Source of the DNA: an uncultured delta proteobacterium
GTDB lineage: Bacteria > Myxococcota_A > Polyangia > Polyangiales > B10-G4
Direction: 5' to 3'
DNA: 64,000 nt
Assembly: GCA_963727445.1 (NCBI GenBank)
Contig: CAVSGI010000027.1
Coordinates: forward strand, 288,001 to 352,000
Positions 42,823-55,431 of the stretch are shown here, one piece after another. The notes beneath the pieces were generated by a model. That model was not told where the DNA came from, did not search any database, and saw only the letters and a list, made by a program, of their open reading frames with translations. A program made the translations under genes and the position numbers. Each line of letters begins with the position of its first letter. Positions within the stretch are counted from its first letter, which is position 1.

Positions 42823-43335
42823 ATGGCGGACGACCCTCCGCAGGAGGAAGAAGAAGAACGCGTCTCGCGAACCGCCCTGCGCGCCGAGCGCAAGAAGGTG
42901 CAGGCGGAGCTCGACGCGCTCGCCAAGCGGCTCGCGGGGCTGTCGGCAAAGGCGCTCGACGCGCTCGAGCTCGACGCGGAGCTGCGGGACGCGGCGCGAT
43001 TGCTCGGCACGATGCCGAAGGGCCCGGCGATGGCGCGGCAGCGGCGCCACGTGGCGCGGTCTCTGCGGGCGTACGACGTGGCGGAGCTGACGCGGAAGAT
43101 CGACGAGACGCTCGGCAACCGCTCCCTCGATGTGCGCGCGCAGAAGCTCGAGCGCTGGCGCACGCGCCTGCTCGACGAGGGCGACGCCGCGCTCGCCGAG
43201 CTGGTAGCGGAGCACCCGGCGCTCGATCGCCAGCGGGTGCGCCAGGCCCTCCGCGCGGCCGCCGACGAGGCGAAGAAGGGCGCACGCGGAAAGAAGTTCA
43301 AGGCGCTGTATCAGGTGTTGAGCGAAGAGATGTGA
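42823..43335 (+). CDS. darP: Ribosome biogenesis factor DarP (YjgA/DUF615)
   Basis: SRTALR, AMARQRRHVARSLR, LERWRTRLLDEGDAAL, HPALDRQRVRQALR, KALYQVL. Confidence 0.8.
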   Translation: MADDPPQEEEEERVSRTALRAERKKVQAELDALAKRLAGLSAKALDALELDAELRDAARLLGTMPKGPAMARQRRHVARSLRAYDVAELTRKIDETLGNRSLDVRAQKLERWRTRLLDEGDAALAELVAEHPALDRQRVRQALRAAADEAKKGARGKKFKALYQVLSEEM

Positions 43336-43343
43336 GCGACGAG

Positions 43344-43359
43344 CTTTCCGCGCGGAAAG
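43344..43359. repeat. CTTTCCGCGCGGAAAG palindrome, copy 1
   Basis: Perfect 16 bp palindrome followed by TTCGG. Confidence 0.9.
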
Positions 43360-43377
43360 TTCGGCAGGGTGCGATGA

Positions 43378-43566
43378 TCGAGGGGTGCAGGACGTAGCAC
43401 CCACGGCTTCACGACCCATACCGGAGAACACAACGTTCACGTCGCACCGCTGCGAAACGGACGCCATCTTCTCTCCGTCGTGTTCTCCGGTACGAGCAGC
43501 GTCGGACTGGTCCGCCTATTCGCGAAGCAGGCGGCGAAAGATCTCGACACCATCTTCGCGCGCTGA
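43378..43566 (+). pseudogene. Roadblock/LC7 (MglB-like) C-terminal fragment lacking an in-frame start
   Basis: Manual translation: ...TGEHNVHVAPLRNGRHLLSVVFSGTSSVGLVRLFAKQAAKDLDTIFAR*; bounded upstream by TGA 43375-43377; not in the ORF track. Confidence 0.6.
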
Positions 43567-43601
43567 CGAGCGAGCCACTCGATGACGACTGAGCGCACGC
43601 C

Positions 43602-43621
43602 AACTTTCCGCGCGGAAAGTT
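43602..43621. repeat. AACTTTCCGCGCGGAAAGTT palindrome, copy 2, inside a larger hairpin (43583-43634)
   Basis: Perfect 20 bp palindrome; outer arms TGACGACT/AGTCGTCA; 28 nt before the HNH ORF. Confidence 0.9.
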
Positions 43622-43649
43622 CGGTGAGTCGTCAGTTCGTGAGTCGGGC

Positions 43650-44915
43650 ATGCGTCTTCTCGACATGCACGACTTCACGACGTTGAACGACGAGGCACTT
43701 GTTGCGCGACTCGCTAACGCGGTCGCGCGGGACACGCGCAACACGGAGCAGATGCTCCGCGTAATCGAGGAGATCGATCGGCGGCGGCTCTTTGCGGAGC
43801 TGGGGTACCCGTCGATGTTCGCGTTCTGTGTCGAACGATTCTCGATGTCCGAGCCCATCGCGTACAAACGCATCGGGGCAGCGCGGGTGGCGAGGCGCTT
43901 TCCGGTGATCTTCGAGATGGTCCAGCGGGGTGACATCCACCTGAGCGGTGTCGTCGCGCTGAAGGCTGCGCTCAGCTCGGACAACCACGTCTCAGTGCTC
44001 GCGAGGGCCAAGCGGTGCACTCTTCGCGAGATCGAGAAGCTGGCGGCGGAGGTGGCGCCGAGGCCGGACGTGCCTTCGCGGGTGCGGGCGCTTCCACGGA
44101 AGAAGGAAGACCTCACGCCAGAGGCGGGGGAGCCATGCGTCGCGCCGGGAGCCACGCCAACCGTCGCGCCGCCCAGCATCCGGCCCACGTCAGCAGCTAC
44201 AACACCGGCGAGACGACGCGCGCCGGATCCGGAGCCGCTCTCCCCCCGCCGCTACAAGCTCGTGGTGACGATCGACGAGGAGACGCACGGGCGCCTCGCG
44301 CAGCTTCAGGATCTGCTCGCGCATCAGGTACCTGACGGCGACCCGGCCATGATCGTGGCGCGGGCGTTCGAAGTGCTGCTCGAAAAGTCGCTCGAGACCA
44401 AGGCCGCCCTGACCGACCGGCCCCGGCCGATGCCGAAGGCCATCGACCATGACAAGCGCGGGATCCCCGCTGCGGTCCGTCGCGCGGTGTGGAAGCGCGA
44501 CGGCGGGCGATGCGCTTTCGTATCCGGGGACGGCCGGCGCTGCAACGAGACGCGGCGCCTCGAGTTCGGGCACCTCGAGCCTTGGGCCAAAGGCGGCAAA
44601 CACGGCGTCGCCGAGATCGCGCTCCGTTGCCGCGGGCACAACGACTTCGAGGCGGTGCGCGACTACGGTGCCGGGCACATGGCCGACAAGCGCCCCGACC
44701 CGCGCGTGCGCGAAACGGAGGCGGGCTACGCAAACCTCTCGAGATCACCCGGCCCCGGCCCGCTACTTTCCGCGCGGAAAGTTGGCGAGCGGCGACTCGC
44801 GCCGAATCGGCGCAACGGGTCGAGCCCGATTCGCGCGCCCTGCCCGTCGTGCGTGCTGGTCCGCGTCGAATCGGCCCGAACGGGCGCGGCGGAGCGGCGG
44901 CACACCCGTTGCTGA
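43650..44915 (+). CDS. DUF222-like / HNH endonuclease domain protein
   Basis: EIDRRRLFAELGYPSMFAFCV, AYKRIGAARVARRFP, EPLSPRRYKL, IPAAVRRAVWKRDGGRCAFV...RC...LEFGH..P.AKGG...LRCRGHN. Confidence 0.85.
   Translation: MRLLDMHDFTTLNDEALVARLANAVARDTRNTEQMLRVIEEIDRRRLFAELGYPSMFAFCVERFSMSEPIAYKRIGAARVARRFPVIFEMVQRGDIHLSGVVALKAALSSDNHVSVLARAKRCTLREIEKLAAEVAPRPDVPSRVRALPRKKEDLTPEAGEPCVAPGATPTVAPPSIRPTSAATTPARRRAPDPEPLSPRRYKLVVTIDEETHGRLAQLQDLLAHQVPDGDPAMIVARAFEVLLEKSLETKAALTDRPRPMPKAIDHDKRGIPAAVRRAVWKRDGGRCAFVSGDGRRCNETRRLEFGHLEPWAKGGKHGVAEIALRCRGHNDFEAVRDYGAGHMADKRPDPRVRETEAGYANLSRSPGPGPLLSARKVGERRLAPNRRNGSSPIRAPCPSCVLVRVESARTGAAERRHTRC
44765..44782. repeat. ACTTTCCGCGCGGAAAGT palindrome, copy 3
   Basis: Perfect 18 bp palindrome just after the HNH domain coding sequence, within the ORF tail. 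Confidence 0.9.
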
Positions 44916-44963
44916 AGGGGGAGTCGTCCCGCTCGTGTCGAGCGGGCTGGCTCAGGAGGTCTC

Positions 44964-45314
44964 ATGCACTCGCTTTCTTCGATCGTCTCTCCCCTCGTCC
45001 GTGCGCTCGCCCTCGTCTCTTTCCTCGCGCTCTTGGGCTTCACCTCCGGCTGCACGTCCAAGTGCGTCGACGGCAACTGTGTCTGCGGGCCTGGGGAGAC
45101 GTGCGAGTTCACGTGCGTGAGCGGCGGATGCAACCAGGATTGCTCGGAAGGGTCCGACTGCAGCGCCACCTGTAGTGGCGGAGGATGCAGCCAGAACTGT
45201 AACAACGGCGCGACGTGCGACTTCGCCTGCTCAGGCGGCGGCTGCGCTCAGAGCTGCGAGCTGTCTGACACGTGCATCAGCACCTGCTCCGGCGACGGCT
45301 GCTCGACACTGTGA
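44964..45314 (+). CDS. Small Cys-rich lipoprotein with 4 tandem C-x-(G)GGC modules
   Basis: AGGAGG RBS; lipobox TSGC; CEFTCVSGGCNQDC, CSATCSGGGCSQNC, CDFACSGGGCAQSC. Confidence 0.8.
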   Translation: MHSLSSIVSPLVRALALVSFLALLGFTSGCTSKCVDGNCVCGPGETCEFTCVSGGCNQDCSEGSDCSATCSGGGCSQNCNNGATCDFACSGGGCAQSCELSDTCISTCSGDGCSTL

Positions 45315-45475
45315 AGCGGCGGGCTCGGACCGCGCCTTCGGCATGAACCATGGCGGGATCATCGAATCCGAAGAGAGCGCGCGCTGGGCCATCGCGGAGG
45401 TGCGCGCCTTCCTCTCGGCAGTGCCCATCGGCGCCGCCGTCGCGTGGGTCGCCCCGAGCCCTGACGAGAGCAGAC

Positions 45476-46348
45476 CTACGCCGTCGCCATTCGCTCGAGC
45501 AGCTCCACCCGCGTCACAGTCGCCGGGTGGTTGCGGATGTCGCTCGGCGCGGGCGCGATGCCGTAGGGGTTCAGCGCGCGCAAGAGGCCGCGCTTCTCGG
45601 TCGGCTTCGCCTTCTTCTCGAAGGCCACCAGCGCTTCGGCCAACGCCTTCGGATCGCCGGTGAGCTTCGCGGCGTCGCGGTCGGCGCGGAGCTCGCGCGC
45701 CCTGCCCAGGATCGACAAGAGCCCCTTGGCGACGAAGGGCGCCGCGACCAGCGCGAAGACGAACCCCCAGGGCATCTGACTCTCCCACAGCATCGTGAGC
45801 GCGCCGTTCACGACCAACAACAGCAAACCGAGGTGCGACATCGTCCGTGTCATCCGAACCAGCACGTCGGCGATGCCCATCACCGCCGTGTCCCGATTCT
45901 TGATGTGGCTGACCTCGTGCGCGAGCACCGCCTCGAGGTGCCGCGCGTCCGCATGGTCGAGTACCGCCGTGCCGAGGACGATTGTCGCCTTGTGCGGCGT
46001 CTGCACCGAGAAGACATCGCAATCGTCGCGGGTCGTGACCTTCAGGTCGGGCACGTGCTCGATCCCCGCGCGCATGGCGAGCCGGCCGACGGCGGCGCGC
46101 ACCCCTGGATACTCCGCATCGTCCAGCTCCTTCACCCGGTAGCGCCGGAGCACCGCCGCCGGCCCCCGGAAGAAGAAGACGCTCGCGAAGGCCACGCCGA
46201 CGACGACGCCCCAGTGCACCGTCTGCATCCCGCTCACCAGAAAGCCGAGACCGGCGAACATCAGGGCGATCACCGAGATGATCACCCCCGCCTCGAGCCG
46301 GTTCGAGAGCCCCGGCTTCTCCAGCTCGATGTGGTCGGCCAGCTCCAC
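45476..46348 (-). CDS. M48 family zinc metalloprotease (HtpX-like)
   Basis: LEAVLAHEVSHIKNRD, RARELRADRDAAKLTGDPKALAEAL, NHPATVTRV. Confidence 0.88.
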   Translation of the reverse strand: MELADHIELEKPGLSNRLEAGVIISVIALMFAGLGFLVSGMQTVHWGVVVGVAFASVFFFRGPAAVLRRYRVKELDDAEYPGVRAAVGRLAMRAGIEHVPDLKVTTRDDCDVFSVQTPHKATIVLGTAVLDHADARHLEAVLAHEVSHIKNRDTAVMGIADVLVRMTRTMSHLGLLLLVVNGALTMLWESQMPWGFVFALVAAPFVAKGLLSILGRARELRADRDAAKLTGDPKALAEALVAFEKKAKPTEKRGLLRALNPYGIAPAPSDIRNHPATVTRVELLERMATA

Positions 46349-46405
46349 AGCGGCAGAGTATCCCCATTGCGGCGCCCCCCAGCTGCGTTACTCTGCGCCG
46401 CCCCG

Positions 46406-46480
46406 GGGCGGGTAGCTCAGCGGTAGAGCAGCTGTCTTACACACAGCGGGTCGCAGGTTCGAAACCTGTCCCGCCCACCA
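46406..46480 (+). tRNA. tRNA-Val (anticodon TAC)
   Basis: Acceptor GGGCGGG/CCCGCCC, D arm GCTC/GAGC, anticodon arm GCTGT-CTTACAC-ACAGC, GGTTCGAAACC T loop, encoded CCA. Confidence 0.97.
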
Positions 46481-46486
46481 ACCATG

Positions 46487-46572
46487 AGAAGGCTCCGACG
46501 TAGCGTAGCGCCACCGAAGGCCGCCGAAAGGCGGCCGGAGGTGACGCGGAGCGGAGGCGGAGCCGGGAGTGC
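46487..46572 (+). repeat. Third copy of the lon-downstream REP-like repeat
   Basis: AGAAGGCTCCG...GGAGGTGACGCG.AGCG.AGGCGGAGCCGGGA.TGC matches about 41257-41339. Confidence 0.82.
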
Positions 46573-46646
46573 AATCACTGGATCCACCACGATTTCCCTT
46601 TGCATTTCTTCACTTGACGGTTGGCGCGGCGAACCCAATATGCTCG

Positions 46647-46673
46647 CGGTCAGTCACTGACCGTTGGTCAGTG
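46647..46673. promoter_or_regulatory. Putative TetR operator (overlapping palindromes)
   Basis: CGGTCAGT-C-ACTGACCG (46647-46663) and CACTGACC-GTT-GGTCAGTG (46655-46673), downstream of TTGACG 46614-46619 and upstream of tetR. Confidence 0.7.
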
Positions 46674-46694
46674 GACCGGTGTTCAGGGTTTCCG

Positions 46695-47351
46695 ATGGGC
46701 GTCAGTGAGCGGCGAGAGCGGGAGAAGGCCAAGCGGCGGGCGACCATCGTCGACGCGGCAGAACAGGTCTTTCTGCGCGACGGTTACGACGCCTCCACCA
46801 TGGACCAGGTCGCCGCCGAGGCCGAGATCAGCAAGGGCACGGTCTACCTCTACTTCGAGTCGAAGGATGACCTCCGGACGGCCATCGCCGAGCGCTGGGT
46901 GGGCAGCCTGGTCACGCGTCTGACGGACGAGCTCGCCTCTTGCGAGACCGGCATCGAAGGTCTCGAGGCGGTCCTTCACGCCATGCGCGAGCACTTTCAT
47001 CACAACCCGCGGCACTGCCAGATGGCGATGTCCTGGATCAGCGTCGACGGCACTCCCGGCGACACCCCCGCCCTCGAAGCCCACAAGAAGCGCATCGGCG
47101 AGCTGGTCGCCCTGGTCATCGGCCAGGTCGTGCGCGGGCAGAAGGACGGCACCGTCCGCGACGACGTCGAGCCTGCCATGGTGGCGATGAACCTCTGGGC
47201 TACCAACCTCGGCCTCCAGCTCGTGATCCAGAACCGCGATCACATCGAGCGGCGAGCGCCCGTCCAGATCCGCTTCGAGGACATGATGCCCACCTACCAG
47301 CGCATCATGCTCGATGGGCTCCGCGCGCAGCCCGAAGAGGGGAAGCGATGA
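46695..47351 (+). CDS. TetR/AcrR family transcriptional regulator
   Basis: IVDAAEQVFLRDGYDASTMDQVAAEAEISKGTVYLYFESKDDL. Confidence 0.95.
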   Translation: MGVSERREREKAKRRATIVDAAEQVFLRDGYDASTMDQVAAEAEISKGTVYLYFESKDDLRTAIAERWVGSLVTRLTDELASCETGIEGLEAVLHAMREHFHHNPRHCQMAMSWISVDGTPGDTPALEAHKKRIGELVALVIGQVVRGQKDGTVRDDVEPAMVAMNLWATNLGLQLVIQNRDHIERRAPVQIRFEDMMPTYQRIMLDGLRAQPEEGKR

Positions 47352-48793
47352 GCCGTCCCCTCTCCGTCGTCCCCGCCCTCGCCCTCGCGATGGGATGCCT
47401 CCCCTACGACGCTGTCGAAAACGCGGCGCCGCCGACGCCGAATCTCGACCAGTTCGTCTCCGGCGACGAGAACGAAGAGGCCGATCACTCCACCGCGGGC
47501 ATTGAACCGTGGTGGGAGGTGTTCGGCGATCCGGACTTGAACGCTCTCGAAGAACGCGCCCTCGGCGACAACTTCCAGCTCCGCGCTGCGTGGGCGCGGC
47601 TCTCTCAGGCCCGCGCCGTCGCCGAGCAGGCGGGCGCGCCCCGCTGGCCCCAGGTGGACCTGCAGCTCCGCGCCAGCCGGCAGCGTCAGGTCTTCGGTTC
47701 GGCGGGTGTCGTGGAGTTCTCGAGCTACGGCGCCTCGGTCCCCGTCAGCTACGAGCTCGACCTCTTCAGGCGCATCGGCGCCACCGCCACCGCCGCGGAG
47801 CTCGACGCCCGCGCGACGCGCGACGACGTCGAGGCCCTCGCGATCACCATCAGCGCCGAGGTGGCCGAGGCCTACTTCGACCTGGTCGAGATCCGCCAGC
47901 GCAAGACGCTCCTCGAGAGCCAGCTCGCCTCCGCCGAGACCTTCGCCGAGCTCACCGACCTGCGCTTCCAGACGGGACAGGCCTCCGCCCTCGAGGTCTA
48001 CCAGCAGCGCAGCAACGTGCAGGGCACGCGCGCCCGCATCGCCCTGCTCGATGGTGAGGTCGCACGCGCCGAAAACCAGCTCCTCGCCCTCGTCGGCGAT
48101 CCCCCCGGCACGGCGATCAGCGACGGCCCCGCCGAGCTCCCCACCCTCGGCGAGGTTCCCGACCTCGGCCATCCCGCCACGCTCCTCGCCCGCCGGCCCG
48201 ACGTCCGCTCCGCACAGCGCCGCGTCTCCGCCGCGGACTATCGCGTGGGCGCCGCCATCGCCGACCGTTTTCCCAAGCTCGTCCTGTCGGGCAACATCGG
48301 CTTCGGCGCCAACGACCTCGCCAACCTCTTCGCCAACGTCGTCTGGAGCCTGATCGGGAGCATCTCGCAGTCGATCATCGACGGAGGGCGGCGCGCCGCC
48401 GAGGTGGACCGCACCGAAGCCGTCGTGCAGGAGCGCCTCGAACAATTCGGCCAGACGGTGATCACCGCCCTCATCGAAGTAGACGGCTCGGTGAAGGCCG
48501 AGCGGGCGCAGGTGGCGAACCTGAGCGAGCTCGAGCAACAGCTCGAGACACTCGACGCGACGCTCACCGAAGCGCGCAACCGGTACCGGAGCGGCCTGAC
48601 CGACTACCTCAACGTGCTCACCGCGCTGGTCGCGAAGCAGAACGCCGAGATCGCGCTCCTGACCGCGCGCCGGCAGATGCTCTCGACCCGCATCCAACTT
48701 CACCGCGCCATCGGCGGCAGCTGGACCCAGCGATTGATTCAGCCCGGGCCGCGCATGGTGCGGGACCTCGATGACGAGGAGGACGACAGCTGA
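47348..48793 (+). CDS. RND efflux outer membrane lipoprotein (NodT/TolC family)
   Basis: Lipobox AMGC; WWEVFGDPDLNAL, SYELDLF, LLARRPDV, LHRAIGGSW. Confidence 0.93.
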   Translation: MSRPLSVVPALALAMGCLPYDAVENAAPPTPNLDQFVSGDENEEADHSTAGIEPWWEVFGDPDLNALEERALGDNFQLRAAWARLSQARAVAEQAGAPRWPQVDLQLRASRQRQVFGSAGVVEFSSYGASVPVSYELDLFRRIGATATAAELDARATRDDVEALAITISAEVAEAYFDLVEIRQRKTLLESQLASAETFAELTDLRFQTGQASALEVYQQRSNVQGTRARIALLDGEVARAENQLLALVGDPPGTAISDGPAELPTLGEVPDLGHPATLLARRPDVRSAQRRVSAADYRVGAAIADRFPKLVLSGNIGFGANDLANLFANVVWSLIGSISQSIIDGGRRAAEVDRTEAVVQERLEQFGQTVITALIEVDGSVKAERAQVANLSELEQQLETLDATLTEARNRYRSGLTDYLNVLTALVAKQNAEIALLTARRQMLSTRIQLHRAIGGSWTQRLIQPGPRMVRDLDDEEDDS

Positions 48794-50006
48794 TGGAAAC
48801 CCTGCGACGAGTCCTCCGCTACGCCCTCCCCATCCTGGTGATCGCCGCCGGCGTCGGCGTGCGCACCTATCTCGTGAAGACCAAGCCCGAGCCCCGCCGC
48901 GCCGAGCATCAGGAGCGCGGCGCGCTGGTCGAGGTGATGACCGCGACCCAGGGCGACCACGACGTGACGCTCACGGCGCAGGGGACGGTCGTACCCGCCC
49001 AGCAGGTGGTCCTCATCCCGCAGGTCGGCGGTCGCATCCTGTGGGCATCGGACGACCTCGTCCCGGGCGGGCGCTTCCAAGCCGGCGACCCGCTGCTGCG
49101 CATCGACCCGAGCGACTACCGAATCGCCGTCGAGCAGCGCGCCGCGGAGCTGAATCGCACGCGCCTCGAGCAGCAGCTCGAGACCTCGCGCGCGCAGGTC
49201 GCGAGGCGCGAGTGGGAGCTCTTCGACGACGACAGCCGCCAGCAGACCGTCGAAGGTCGCGCCCTCGCCCTCCGCGAGCCGCAGCTCGAAAACGCCGAGG
49301 TCAGCGTACAGGCCGCAAACAGCGCCGTGCGTCGTGCCCAGCTCGACCTGCGCCGGACGACCCTCACCGCGCCCTTCAACGCCTTCGTCCAGTCCGAGAG
49401 CGTCGACGTCGGCCAGGTGGTGGGGCCCACCAGTCAGCTGGCGTCGCTGGTCGGGACGGATGCGTTCTGGGTGCGGGTGTCTGTGCCGATCGAACACCTC
49501 GCGCACGTCGGCGTCCCGGGCTTCAACTCCACCGAGGGCTCCAACGCGGTGGTCACCTACCGCGTCGGAGAGGACACCATCAGCCGGACCGGCCGCGTCG
49601 TCCGCCTCTTCGGCGACCTCGATCCCGCGGGGCAGATGGCGCGTCTGTTGGTCGAGATCGAGGATCCCTTCGGCTTCGAGGAAGGTGCGGAAGAGAGCTT
49701 GCCGCTTCTTCTCGGCAGCTACGTCACCGTCGGCGTCGAGGCGACCCCGGTGCGAAACGCGGTCGAGATCCCGCGCTATGCCCTGCGCGAAGGCGAGAAG
49801 GTCTACGTGATGACGGGTGACGACGAGCTCGACATCCGCGACGTCGAGGTGGCGTGGCGCATGGACGAATCCGTGCTCGTGACCGACGGACTCTCCGCGG
49901 GCGACCGGGTGATCACCAGCAGGCTGACGCAGGCCGTGTCCGGCATGGCGCTGCGCGTGGAAGAGGACGAGCCCCCCGCGGGCGCGCCGCGCGCCGAGGC
50001 CCAGCC

Positions 50007-50010
<4 letters not shown>
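48793..50010 (+). CDS. RND efflux periplasmic adaptor subunit
   Basis: PQVGGRI, LLRIDPSDY, LRRTTLTAPF, GLSAGDRVI. Confidence 0.92.
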
Positions 50011-53271
<3,261 letters not shown>

Positions 53272-53275
53272 CCGC

Positions 53276-55372
53276 TCACTTGCTCGTCATCACGTGGGTG
53301 CCGTCCCAGTCGTCGGGGGGCGGCGCTTCGGCGTATGTCCGTGCGCGCTCCGCCATGGTCCGGCTCGGTCCGTCTTCACCGCCGAACGCCTCGGCGGCCG
53401 CGTCGAAGGCCTCGGCGGCCTCGGCGAACTTCCGCGCGCGGTAGAGGTCGAGGGCCTGTCGATATGCGTCGACCGCGTCCTTCTCGGACTCCAGCACCTC
53501 GTCCACCTCGCCGATGAGCTCGTGGATCAGGATGCCCCGCTTCTTTCCCTTCACCGCCACCCAGTCGACGGCGCGGAAGACGAAGCCGTCGCCCGCCGCC
53601 TTCTTGGTCTCGTCGCCGCAGAGGATGCGGGTGCCGTAAGCCTTGTTCAGGTTCTCGAGGCGGCTCGCGAGGTTCACCGCGTCGCCCATCACCGTGTAGT
53701 TCAGCCGCTCCGACGCGCCGATGTTGCCCACCACGGTGTCACCGGTGTTGAGGCCGATGCGCGTCTCGAAGTGCGGCCGCCCCACCTCCTCCCACTCCTT
53801 CTGGAGCCGGGTGAGGGTGGCCCGCATCGAGAGCGCGGCGCGGCAGGCGCGAGCGGCGTGGTCCTCGAGATCTCGGGGCGCGCCCCAGAAGGCCATGATC
53901 GCGTCGCCGATGAACTTGTCGACCGTGCCGTCGTGGTCCTTGATGCACCCGCTCATCGCTTCGAGGTAGTCGGCCAGGAGCTCGACCAGCTCGTCGGGCT
54001 CCATCGACTCTGCGACCGACGTGAAGCCGGCGATGTCGCTGAAGAGCATGGTCAGCTCTTTCTTCTCGCCGCCGAGCACCGCCTCGGTGCCGGTGCGTAG
54101 CATCTCCGACACCAGGTCTTTGGGCACGTAGCGACCGAAGCTCTTCAAGCTCGATTTCATCGCGTCCGTCGCTTCGGCCATGTCGTTGACCTCGCGCACC
54201 AACGAGCTCCGCGGCAGCTTGGCGTCTCCCAGCTCGAAGCGCCCGATCCGCCCGAGCTCGTCGGCGATGATCCGCAGAGAGCCCGACACGCGGTTGGCGA
54301 AGAAGATGCCGAGGATCACCGAGAGCAGCGCCGCCACCGAGGCCACGATCGCGGCCCGCTTGGCCTGATCCCGCAGCGCGCCGAAGAAGTCGCTCTCCGG
54401 AACGACGATCACCGTCTGCCAGGGGATCCCGCTGTCTTCGGGGAAGGCGTCCACCATCACCAGATTGGCGCCGGTCTGAAAGCTGGCCGGCCGCTCCTCG
54501 TGCTGGCGAAGCCCGCCCCACGCGCTGGCGAGCATCGGATCCTCGTGGTCGTCGGCCATGGCGACGGTCTTCTCTCCGTCCGCCTCGGCGGTGGTCATCC
54601 CCTCGGGGTGGCCGACCACGTGGCCGTCCATCGACACCACGTAGACCTTGCCGTGCTCGCCCACCTTCACCGTGCTCAGGAACTCGCTGAGCGCGCTCAT
54701 CTCGTACTCGACCGCCCAGACGCCGCCGTCCCCATCGGGAGCGACGTACATGAAGCCGGGCGCGTTGATGGTGGCGAAGAGGAAGGGCTCGACCCAGGTG
54801 CCCTCGCCCTTCTCGATCGCGGCCTGAAACCACGGACGCTCGCGCGGGTCGTAGCTGCCCGTCTCCTCGTCAGCGAGGGTCCACACGCTGCCGTTGCGGC
54901 TCAGCTCGCGCATCGCGGTCGTGCCATCCGCCATCTGCTCGCGGTCGTGGCCGACGAGCTCGCCCTCGGGCGTCCGATGGACGGCGATGTAGCGCCCGCC
55001 AGGGGAGGCGTGGCTCACCCAGGTGAACTGCGGGTTCGCCTCCATCGCCGCGTAGAAGTAGTCGAGGAGCGCTTCCGAATCGGAGGTGTCGAGTCGCCAT
55101 TGGCCGGCGAGGCGGCGCGTGAGCTCCATGTAGGGCTCAGCTGGCTCGAGGTAGCGGATGGTGCGCTGGGTCGTCCGATGCGCGAGCTCCGCGCTGAGCT
55201 CGTTCCACAGCGTGGCGATGGATTCGCTCGAGCTCCGATAGGCGAGTATGCCCACCGCGCCCGAGCCGAAGAAGATCAGGAAGACGACGACCGTGACCAG
55301 CGTGGGCCGGAGCGGAAAGCCGCTCTTGGGCCCGGACTGCGCGGGCAGAGGAGTCTTGGCCGGGGCCGTCAC
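53276..55372 (-). CDS. Membrane adenylate/guanylate cyclase (class III) with Cache-like sensor domain
   Basis: Two TM segments, YDPRERPWF, LFSDIAGFT, DKFIGDAIMAFWGAP, YTVMGDAVNLASRLE. Confidence 0.93.
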   Translation of the reverse strand: MTAPAKTPLPAQSGPKSGFPLRPTLVTVVVFLIFFGSGAVGILAYRSSSESIATLWNELSAELAHRTTQRTIRYLEPAEPYMELTRRLAGQWRLDTSDSEALLDYFYAAMEANPQFTWVSHASPGGRYIAVHRTPEGELVGHDREQMADGTTAMRELSRNGSVWTLADEETGSYDPRERPWFQAAIEKGEGTWVEPFLFATINAPGFMYVAPDGDGGVWAVEYEMSALSEFLSTVKVGEHGKVYVVSMDGHVVGHPEGMTTAEADGEKTVAMADDHEDPMLASAWGGLRQHEERPASFQTGANLVMVDAFPEDSGIPWQTVIVVPESDFFGALRDQAKRAAIVASVAALLSVILGIFFANRVSGSLRIIADELGRIGRFELGDAKLPRSSLVREVNDMAEATDAMKSSLKSFGRYVPKDLVSEMLRTGTEAVLGGEKKELTMLFSDIAGFTSVAESMEPDELVELLADYLEAMSGCIKDHDGTVDKFIGDAIMAFWGAPRDLEDHAARACRAALSMRATLTRLQKEWEEVGRPHFETRIGLNTGDTVVGNIGASERLNYTVMGDAVNLASRLENLNKAYGTRILCGDETKKAAGDGFVFRAVDWVAVKGKKRGILIHELIGEVDEVLESEKDAVDAYRQALDLYRARKFAEAAEAFDAAAEAFGGEDGPSRTMAERARTYAEAPPPDDWDGTHVMTSK

Positions 55373-55431
55373 GGCCGAGGAGTATCACATACCGGCCGCT
55401 CCATTTGTCGCCGGAAAAGGCGCCGTCGCGC

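Noticed and set aside
41462..46572. Prophage or integrative island at tRNA-Val
   Set aside because: No integrase or phage genes, and no duplicated tRNA 3' end was noticed in the window
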